A stretch of 29,852 nt of DNA from Fidelibacterota bacterium. GTDB taxonomy: Bacteria > Fidelibacterota > Marinisomatia > Marinisomatales > Marinisomataceae. Below the pieces are notes generated by a model. It had not been told where the DNA came from, made no database searches, and saw only the letters and a list, made by a program, of their open reading frames with translations. The DNA is taken from positions 1-29,852 of the forward strand of contig JABHGE010000010.1 of NCBI GenBank assembly GCA_018672235.1, in the 5' to 3' direction. This document shows, piece after piece, positions 9,692-16,975 of the stretch. Positions within the stretch are counted from its first letter, which is position 1. Every line of letters starts with the position of its first letter. The position numbers and the translations under genes were made by a program.

Positions 9692-11336
9692 AGAATTTCC
9701 AATCCATTACTTCAATAGTTGCATGTTTTCTAATATCAAGTGATTGAAATTCTTGACCAGGTAAAACTCTTTTTTCGGTACCGTTAACTAGGATTCCCAT
9801 TGGCATAATAAAATTATCATTAACATTATTCCACCTATAATAAAAGCTGGAATCTGTCTGGTAATATTCTAGTTCAGGTTGGTTGGGAGTGTAAAAATAT
9901 TGTTCTGAAAAATATGAATAGTCACTACCAGTTTTTTCTTTAACTTTATCAAAAAAATCTTCTGTGCTAACATGACTTTTTGCATTTTCAACCATAAACT
10001 CTTTTAGTATTGTAAACCAAATAGTATCATCATTTATAGTACTTCTCAAGGTGTGCATTACCCAAGCGCCTTTCATATAAGTATCGCCATTTAAAGCCCA
10101 ATAATTTTCATCTTCTGGACCTACGATAGGTATTTTATTTTGAATTCTTGATTTAATACTTTTTAAGTAATCAACACTTACTGGATAACTGTTAAACTTA
10201 TCTTCAAAGTATAATGCTTCAGAATAGACTTGTAACCCTTCATGAATCCAAATGTGTGTTGGATCGATTGCTGTTACGCTATTACCAAACCATTCATGCC
10301 CACTCTCGTGTATAATCAGCGGATCAATTACTCCATACATTGCCCAGCTGCTGCTTCTAACCCCATTATAGATACTAAATCCGTTTCCATAGGTTACAGC
10401 CGACTGGTGTTCCATCCCTAAGTATGGAACTTCAATCAGTTTATATCCATCATCCCACCACTGATAGTCTCCAAAATATTTTTCATAAAAACGAATCACC
10501 TCTTTTGATTGCACAAAATAGTTTTGTGCAACTTCCTCATTATAGTCTAAAACATAATGATCCATATAGTGTGTTGTATTTTCTTTTATAAATGTATCTT
10601 GAACGGCAACATAGTTTCCAATTTGAACGGAGATGTTATAATTGTTAATCGGATTACTAACAAACCACTCGTAAGTAGTTTTATCATCTTCTTTTTCCAC
10701 TACGCTTCTTAATTGGCCATTAGCAATGCTCACTAAATCAGACGGTACAGTAAAAGCCATTCTAACGCTATCCGGTTCTTCAGATATATGGTCTTTATTA
10801 GGCCACCAAATTCTTGCACCTTCCCCTTCACAAGAAACCGCTATCCAATCTCTATCATTCTTGTCTTTAGACCATGTGAATCCTCCTGCCCAAGGTGGAT
10901 TGTCAGCGCTTTGAGGTGTTCCATTATAATGAACTGTGAAATCAAATAATGTATCTTTACCTATAGATTGATTAAAGACTACCATAACAGCATCTTCTTC
11001 TCGACTATATTCAACCAGACTATCTTGATAAATAATTTTTTTAATATTTAAATTTTTAGCTAAATCTACTTGCAGAGTATCAATATCATTGAGGGCCATC
11101 GCTTTAATAGTTACAAAACCATCGATTGATTTTTCTTCAATATCAAAGTCTATATTAATATCATAATATGTTACATCATATGAGCTGCGATATTCATTTA
11201 AAAATCCCATCAAATAATTATTGCGCGTTAATTCGGGAGTATCTGTCTGAGAGCCATGAGGTCTCAAATTGGCAATATTTCCATTGCAAGCAACTAGGAA
11301 AGCGCAGAATGTGAGTATACTATATTTTTTTTTCAT
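9666..11336 (-). CDS. M1-family zinc aminopeptidase, predicted lipoprotein
   Basis: LGMEHQS, HESGHEWFGN...WIHEG (HExxH-x18-E), YMKGA. Start placed at MKKKYS... with lipobox LVAC. Confidence 0.88.
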   Translation of the reverse strand: MKKKYSILTFCAFLVACNGNIANLRPHGSQTDTPELTRNNYLMGFLNEYRSSYDVTYYDINIDFDIEEKSIDGFVTIKAMALNDIDTLQVDLAKNLNIKKIIYQDSLVEYSREEDAVMVVFNQSIGKDTLFDFTVHYNGTPQSADNPPWAGGFTWSKDKNDRDWIAVSCEGEGARIWWPNKDHISEEPDSVRMAFTVPSDLVSIANGQLRSVVEKEDDKTTYEWFVSNPINNYNISVQIGNYVAVQDTFIKENTTHYMDHYVLDYNEEVAQNYFVQSKEVIRFYEKYFGDYQWWDDGYKLIEVPYLGMEHQSAVTYGNGFSIYNGVRSSSWAMYGVIDPLIIHESGHEWFGNSVTAIDPTHIWIHEGLQVYSEALYFEDKFNSYPVSVDYLKSIKSRIQNKIPIVGPEDENYWALNGDTYMKGAWVMHTLRSTINDDTIWFTILKEFMVENAKSHVSTEDFFDKVKEKTGSDYSYFSEQYFYTPNQPELEYYQTDSSFYYRWNNVNDNFIMPMGILVNGTEKRVLPGQEFQSLDIRKHATIEVMDWKFYVKPVQKN

Positions 11337-11517
11337 AATAGGTGGTTGATTGAAACATATTTTTAGCAAAAATGATATAGTATAATAGAACACAAAATAA
11401 AAACCAAAGAACTATAGCGAACGCTTCTTTAATTGCAAATAGTATATAAGCGATAGCAAAATATACTATCCATTTTACCCAGTTAGGTTGGTTCCATAGC
11501 TTTAATAATAAATTCAT
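11320..11517 (-). CDS. Small (65 aa) membrane protein of unknown function
   Basis: Two hydrophobic segments. ATGA overlap with the upstream stop; fills the gap to the peptidase exactly. Confidence 0.6.
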   Translation of the reverse strand: MNLLLKLWNQPNWVKWIVYFAIAYILFAIKEAFAIVLWFLFCVLLYYIIFAKNMFQSTTYYEKKI

Positions 11518-12230
11518 CGTTCTGCAAAATAATACAATTTATTATAATAATCTAATGCTTCATCATAAATCGATTGATATTTTTTATCTAACTGACTTTG
11601 ATTTGCTGAAAACTTCTGAAAATGGGTCGTGGTAATCACGTTATCATACCAATGCTTCCACCAAATACCATCCTGAGAATGATTTCCTTTCTGCCATTCC
11701 AACATAGAAATATCAAATTCTAAATTAATACTGCTGCACCACTGCGATAATATTTTTTCAGGATTGTTAAGTAAGATATTTGAGTCAATCACAATAAATT
11801 TTTTACCAATACTATCTAAATATCTCATGATATTATATTGCTGAGGATATCCGAGCTCGTCTACATGATTGAGAGTATTTTTTTTAATATAAGAATTTAT
11901 TACATCCTTAGGATGGCGAATTAGAATACAGTTTTCAAAATTTTTAATCCAACCGATATTGTTCAAATCAATTAAGTGATGTGCCATATGTTTCTGATAC
12001 CAATGTTCTTTATCATTAGGTATTTCAGATGTAAGACTTGTAACAACATTATCATATGTATTAGGGTAATATGCAATAATTTCTTTATACATTGGATGTT
12101 TTAATTGCTGCTCTCTAAGGTAATAAGCATAAAAGGGTTCATCTGAAACAAATGAATCGTTTCTAGATGACCAAGACCTCATTAGTGCGGTAGATATATT
12201 TCTTGGACCTGACCAACAAGCAATTCTCAT
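11514..12230 (-). CDS. Sulfotransferase-like P-loop protein (family that accompanies BCAT-like enzymes)
   Basis: WSGPRNISTALMRS, DEPFY, QKHMAHH, LIRHP..VI.SY, DG.W..HWY. Confidence 0.75.
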   Translation of the reverse strand: MRIACWSGPRNISTALMRSWSSRNDSFVSDEPFYAYYLREQQLKHPMYKEIIAYYPNTYDNVVTSLTSEIPNDKEHWYQKHMAHHLIDLNNIGWIKNFENCILIRHPKDVINSYIKKNTLNHVDELGYPQQYNIMRYLDSIGKKFIVIDSNILLNNPEKILSQWCSSINLEFDISMLEWQKGNHSQDGIWWKHWYDNVITTTHFQKFSANQSQLDKKYQSIYDEALDYYNKLYYFAER

Positions 12231-12231
12231 A

Positions 12232-13137
12232 CTAGCCTATATGGTCTTGAATTTCTTGATTGTATAACATTCTAATTTTATTAGCTAAAGAGTCAGAATT
12301 GGTTGATTCCAGTTTTCTGCCTTCTAATTGTGACACGGGAATAATACCTGCAAATGTACCTGTTACAAAAGCCTCGTTACAGTTTTTAATATTTTCGAAT
12401 GTAAAATTAGTTTCAGAACATGCTATATTATTTTGATTACATACTAAAATAGCTTTTCCTCTTGTAATTCCATTTAAACAATATTTTCCAGTAGAAGTGA
12501 ATACAGTATTATCCTTGATAAAAAATAAATTAGTGGAATTGCATGTACTAATATTTCCATTCATATCATTCATAATTCCTTCATCATATCCAAGTTTATT
12601 TGCCTCTATGCTTGCTAAAATACAATTCAGCTTGCTAAGAGTGTTATAATGGGGACTTAGTATGCTATCATTAGGCCTAATATTAGGGACTCTACCAATA
12701 TTTAGACCTTCTATGTATGTCTTTGGATCTGTTTTTTTATATTCAGGAATAATCACCAGATTAATTGGTCCTACATTTGCATTAGGGTTTTGATATGGAG
12801 TAATTTTATCGCCCCTAGATACAATCAAACGAATGTGTATATTGTCATCCATTTTGTTTTTAAGTAATACTTTATTTATTTCATCAATTATATCTTTTCT
12901 AGAGTAAGGAATATCTAATGCAATACCTTTTGCACTTTTATATAATCTATCTAGATGATCTTCAATAAAAACTAGCTTTAATTTATGCAGACGAATACCT
13001 TCCCAAACACCATCTCCCAGCAAGAATCCGCTATCAAAAACAGAAATTTTTGCTTCACTTCTATGAAACAGTTCCCCATTAATATTAATAAAAATATCTT
13101 CATTTTTTGGATTCGCTATATAGGAATGACTACTCAT
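12232..13137 (-). CDS. Aminotransferase class IV (PLP fold type IV) protein with non-canonical active site
   Basis: AKISVFDSGFLLGDGVWEGIR, HLDRL, LNGITR, EAFVTGTFAG. ATG 13137 chosen because the ORF-track start (13149) lies inside the tRNA. Confidence 0.85.
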   Translation of the reverse strand: MSSHSYIANPKNEDIFININGELFHRSEAKISVFDSGFLLGDGVWEGIRLHKLKLVFIEDHLDRLYKSAKGIALDIPYSRKDIIDEINKVLLKNKMDDNIHIRLIVSRGDKITPYQNPNANVGPINLVIIPEYKKTDPKTYIEGLNIGRVPNIRPNDSILSPHYNTLSKLNCILASIEANKLGYDEGIMNDMNGNISTCNSTNLFFIKDNTVFTSTGKYCLNGITRGKAILVCNQNNIACSETNFTFENIKNCNEAFVTGTFAGIIPVSQLEGRKLESTNSDSLANKIRMLYNQEIQDHIG

Positions 13138-13140
13138 TTG

Positions 13141-13214
13141 TGGGCCCACAGGGACTTGAACCCCGAACCTGCGGATTATGAGTCCGTTGCTCTAACCAAT
13201 TGAGCTATGGGCCC
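13141..13214 (-). tRNA. tRNA with CAT anticodon, most likely tRNA-Ile2 (lysidine type); CCA not encoded
   Basis: Reverse complement folds as GGGCCCA TA GCTC AATTGGTTA GAGC A ACGGA CTCATAA TCCGC AGGTT CGGGG TTCAAGT CCCTG TGGGCCC A. Paired G1-C72 and no GGG/CCC anticodon stem exclude the initiator; acceptor stem and D arm are Ile-like. Confidence 0.92.
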
Positions 13215-13219
13215 TAAAA

Positions 13220-13252
13220 ATTGTATTCTAATTTATACTTTATTTACAACAA
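13220..13252 (-). promoter_or_regulatory. Candidate sigma70-type promoter for the tRNA-led transcript
   Basis: Minus strand TTGTTG-16-TAGAAT or TTGTAA-18-TACAAT just upstream of the tRNA. Weak evidence in AT-rich DNA. Confidence 0.3.
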
Positions 13253-13311
13253 AATTCTAAGTACTTTAACGCTAAGATAAATCTAATTAAATACTTTATA
13301 AAGGAAAAATT

Positions 13312-14337
13312 TTGTTACAACCGATTATCAAAAATGAAAAATTTAATCCTAAAAATTTAAGTATTTTCATTCTTTTTTATTATAAGAAATTTATTAGAAT
13401 TGGTTTAATATTTTTATTTGTTGGCTTGGCATATTTTTTTATTAAGCCTTCAGTTTATAGCTCAAGGGTATCTTTCTATACTAACTATAATGAAGCTCCC
13501 CAAAGTTCTTTTCTAAGTATGTTGCCAGCTGGTATGTTAGGGGGAGGAATGGGATACACAAGCTTATCCTTTTCTATAGAAAATTATCTTAGTTCAGAAG
13601 ATTTTTTATTAGAAATTGTTAATAGCGATTATGACATCGATGGAGCTAAAACTACCTTAACGAATCAGTGGGGCTCTGATTATGATAATTTTATTGTACT
13701 AAACCCAATGACTTTTGCTAAAAGAGTTAATTCTTATTTTAATTTTACTAACGGCTTATCAGATCAAGAGAAAAAAGAAACATATGCAGCAAGAATATTG
13801 AAGAATTCTCTATTGTTTTCAGAGGATAGAAGATCTCTACTAAACACAATTTCGATAAGTATTGAAGAAGATTCAGAATTAGGAATACAAATTGTATCTA
13901 ATGTTTATGATTCAATTATCGCGTACTCCAGCAATGTAGTGAATACTAAAGCTGCTGAAAAAAAAGATTTTATTTCAAATAGGCTTGTTGCAATCCAAAA
14001 AAGTCTCACAATGTCTGAAGATGCAATGCTAAAGTTTTCTCAAGAAAATAAACAAATAGAAAATTCTCCATCATTAATTCTGGAAAGACAGAGACTCCAA
14101 AAAGATATTACCCTATATAATCAATTATATTTCACACTATCTGATCAACTTGAATTAGCTAAAATTAATGAAAAAGATAATACAACCTCATTTTTCTTAT
14201 TAGATAAGCCAGTTACTAATAGATTAAAACCGGGAGGTGGTATTGTTTATACTTTAATATATTATTTTACAATATCTATAATTTTAAGTATGATATTTTA
14301 TTTTTACCGTCATAGAAAGATACTGTTTCAATTATGA
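13312..14337 (+). CDS. Polysaccharide co-polymerase / chain-length determinant (Wzz-like, no kinase domain)
   Basis: N- and C-terminal TM helices, periplasmic coiled coil, LY..L..QLELAKI.E...LLDKP...P motif. TTG start after AAAGGA. Confidence 0.75.
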   Translation: MLQPIIKNEKFNPKNLSIFILFYYKKFIRIGLIFLFVGLAYFFIKPSVYSSRVSFYTNYNEAPQSSFLSMLPAGMLGGGMGYTSLSFSIENYLSSEDFLLEIVNSDYDIDGAKTTLTNQWGSDYDNFIVLNPMTFAKRVNSYFNFTNGLSDQEKKETYAARILKNSLLFSEDRRSLLNTISISIEEDSELGIQIVSNVYDSIIAYSSNVVNTKAAEKKDFISNRLVAIQKSLTMSEDAMLKFSQENKQIENSPSLILERQRLQKDITLYNQLYFTLSDQLELAKINEKDNTTSFFLLDKPVTNRLKPGGGIVYTLIYYFTISIILSMIFYFYRHRKILFQL

Positions 14338-14798
14338 TAATGTGGTTAACAGGTCAGCCAGGAAGTGGAAAAACAACGTTAGCAAACTCTATTATAGAAA
14401 TTCTAGAATTAGAAAAATCAAATATTAAAATTATTAATCTTGATGGGGATGATCTAAGAGCTATTAATAAAAATAAAGATTACTCAAAAGAAGGAAGAAT
14501 TAAAAATATATCTACAGCAATTTCAATCGTAAGATTTCTTGCTAACAAAGATTATATTTGTATTATATCTATTGTAGCTCCATACAGGTTTTTGAGAGAT
14601 GAGCTTAAAGAAGAATTTTCATTTTTAGAAATATATCTGCACACTACTGAAATTAGAGGTAGAGAAAATTTCTTTGCTGAAGATTATGAAGTGCCAACAG
14701 ATCCAAATACATTAACAATTGATACTGGAAAATTAACAGTTAAGGAAAGTACAGATGAAATACTCAATGTTTATAGGAAGATGGCAACCTTGGCATGA
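14334..14798 (+). CDS. Short adenylyl-sulfate (APS) kinase-like protein
   Basis: WLTGQPGSGKTT, LDGDDLR, YSKEGRIKN, VAPY...R, YEVP...IDT. Lacks the RDPKGLY/FTG lid. Confidence 0.75.
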   Translation: MIMWLTGQPGSGKTTLANSIIEILELEKSNIKIINLDGDDLRAINKNKDYSKEGRIKNISTAISIVRFLANKDYICIISIVAPYRFLRDELKEEFSFLEIYLHTTEIRGRENFFAEDYEVPTDPNTLTIDTGKLTVKESTDEILNVYRKMATLA

Positions 14799-15096
14799 TG
14801 GCCATAGATGGTTAATTAATCAAAGATTAAGTGAAGGTAAAAATGTTTTGATTTGCGTAAGAGAAGTGAGCAAAGACGATAAAAATCCTTATAATCCTAT
14901 AGAAGTCAAAGCTAATGTTGAAAAAGAGCTGAAGGATTTAATTGCTGAAAATCGAGTTAAAGTTTTGATTATTCCAGATATTGAATCTATAAATTATGGA
15001 AGAGGTGTAGGATATGAAATTATCGAACATGTACCCCCAAAGAATATTGGTGAAATATCTGCTACAAAAATTAGAAAAGAAATTTTTAAAAAATAA
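14755..15096 (+). CDS. Small HxGH-superfamily (cytidylyltransferase/NMNAT-like) nucleotidyltransferase
   Basis: GRWQPWHDGH and ISATKIR motifs in only 113 aa. Confidence 0.75.
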   Translation: MKYSMFIGRWQPWHDGHRWLINQRLSEGKNVLICVREVSKDDKNPYNPIEVKANVEKELKDLIAENRVKVLIIPDIESINYGRGVGYEIIEHVPPKNIGEISATKIRKEIFKK

Positions 15097-15113
15097 TACG
15101 GAGAATAACTTCA

Positions 15114-15989
15114 ATGAATAAAGAATATTTAAAACCTAGAATTGGTATCATCGGAAAGGGATTTGTTGGTTCTGCCGTGGCGCATGGATTTTCACATGCC
15201 TGTGGATATAATGCAGAAGTCAAAATTTACGATAAAGACAAATCAAGATCTTTAAATTCCTTAGATGAAACAGTAAACGAGTCAGACTTCATTTTTATAT
15301 CAGTCCCAACTCCTGCAAATTCGTCGGGTCAAATGGATCTAAGTATTGTAAAAAAAGCTCTTAATGATATTAGTCTTATCAATCAAAATGAATCAAATAT
15401 CATTTTACTAAGATCAACAGTTACGCCAGGTACAACACAGCTATTGAAAGAAGAGTTCCCAAACTTAAGATTTGTATTTAATCCAGAATTTTTAACTGAA
15501 AGATCTGCTGTTTTTGATTTTATTAATCAAAGTAGAGTGATTCTTGGAGGTGAAAAAAAATATACTAATAAAGTTAAGGATTTATATAGGCATCGCTTTG
15601 GAATGCATCTTCCTGTTGTTGAAACTACATTTCAAACTGCTGAGTTAATAAAATATATGAACAATTTGTTTTTTGCCACAAAAGTTTCTTTTTTGAATGA
15701 AATGTATAGAATATCTAGTCAGGTAGATGCGAATTGGGAAGAAGCTATGGAAGGTTTTATTCTAGATGGAAGAATTGGGCATTCTCACCTTAATGTGCCC
15801 GGACCTGATGGTAAGCTTGGATTTGGAGGTAGCTGTTTTCCTAAAGATATCCAAGCCTTTATTACATTTGGAAAGCAAATGGGTATCAATATGAATGTTC
15901 TTGAGGGTGCTTGGAAAACTAATCTTGAAGTTAGACCAGAAAAGGACTGGGAGAAATTGAAAGGCAGAGCAGTTTCTGATCAAGAGTAA
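15114..15989 (+). CDS. UDP-glucose/GDP-mannose dehydrogenase family, short form
   Basis: GKGFVG, SVPTP, RSTVTPG, NPEFL, AELIKY..N, GFGGSCFPKD. Confidence 0.85.
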   Translation: MNKEYLKPRIGIIGKGFVGSAVAHGFSHACGYNAEVKIYDKDKSRSLNSLDETVNESDFIFISVPTPANSSGQMDLSIVKKALNDISLINQNESNIILLRSTVTPGTTQLLKEEFPNLRFVFNPEFLTERSAVFDFINQSRVILGGEKKYTNKVKDLYRHRFGMHLPVVETTFQTAELIKYMNNLFFATKVSFLNEMYRISSQVDANWEEAMEGFILDGRIGHSHLNVPGPDGKLGFGGSCFPKDIQAFITFGKQMGINMNVLEGAWKTNLEVRPEKDWEKLKGRAVSDQE

Positions 15990-16015
15990 GATTTAAGATA
16001 AACTCTTTATCAAGA

Positions 16016-16975
16016 ATGATGCTACAGACAAAAATATTTAATTTTTTATTAGCTACATTTTTATCATATATATTTATATATAGTATTCCTTGGCATGATT
16101 TTCATTATTTTCATGATTTTGAAGTATATAAAATTAGAGTTATGCAACTATTTAGTAATACTGATATTCAAGATGAATCTTTTGGTATTTTTTTACTCTT
16201 CAGTGAACTACTTTGGACCCAAATATTACAAATCCTACCAATATATTTTTATGATATTAGCGCTGGATTAACATTTATTTCTTTTACCACACTTATTGTA
16301 TACATGTATTTCACAATTACTAGAGTTAATTTTGTATTATCATTTATATTGCTGTTTAATCCCATATTTATAGACTTGATTATCTCACAAGTCAGAATTG
16401 GTGTATCTTTCAGTTTATTATTAGTGGCATACTCTTTAAGAAAAACAATAATAATACCAATTATGTTAATAGTTTGCGCAACTCTTATTCATACGGCCAC
16501 CCTTTTATTGCTTGCAATTTTTCTTGGATTATATTTTTTAAAGAGTTTTTTGAATGATAATAAAAAATATTTTAAAGGTGCCCTTATTTTACCCATGTTT
16601 ATAATGTTATTCATCCAGGTTGCATTATTAACTATCTTTGATTTTTTTGGCGATGCCGAAAGATCTGTATACATCACCAATCCAATATATAGTTCAATTT
16701 TTTTTACAATTCCATGGTTTTTTTTTAGTTTCATGATTGCTATTTTACCTAAAAATTCTTTGATAGATGATAATATTGATTTTGTTGCATATGCTATTTG
16801 TATGGGATCCTTGTTTCTTTTTTCTAGTTTTTTTGAATTTTATGGTTCCAGGTTCGTTGCTGTTTCTTTCCCTCTTTTTATAATTTCTATTAATTGTTTA
16901 TCTAATCAATTTAGATACCCAATGTTTGTAATATTATTTTTATATCAATTAACATACTTTAATTATTGGCTATGA
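16016..16975 (+). CDS. Polytopic membrane protein, probable Wzy/EpsG-type polysaccharide polymerase
   Basis: About 9-10 hydrophobic segments, DF..Y, QVRIG, LIH.A motifs. Directly precedes the flippase. Confidence 0.6.
   Translation: MMLQTKIFNFLLATFLSYIFIYSIPWHDFHYFHDFEVYKIRVMQLFSNTDIQDESFGIFLLFSELLWTQILQILPIYFYDISAGLTFISFTTLIVYMYFTITRVNFVLSFILLFNPIFIDLIISQVRIGVSFSLLLVAYSLRKTIIIPIMLIVCATLIHTATLLLLAIFLGLYFLKSFLNDNKKYFKGALILPMFIMLFIQVALLTIFDFFGDAERSVYITNPIYSSIFFTIPWFFFSFMIAILPKNSLIDDNIDFVAYAICMGSLFLFSSFFEFYGSRFVAVSFPLFIISINCLSNQFRYPMFVILFLYQLTYFNYWL

Noticed and set aside
12985..13203. 72-aa plus-strand ORF
   Set aside because: Antisense to the tRNA and the aminotransferase; the tail RDLNPEPADYESVALTN is a typical tRNA shadow translation.
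13141..13214. tRNA as integration site of a mobile island
   Set aside because: No integrase or transposase and no duplicated tRNA 3' end seen; the 9-nt TTGTGGGCC match near 4872 is chance-level.
13312..14798. Wzz-like gene plus following P-loop kinase as a split Wzc tyrosine kinase
   Set aside because: The kinase has APS-kinase motifs (LDGD, YExP) and lacks BY-kinase Walker A'/B motifs and a Tyr-rich tail.
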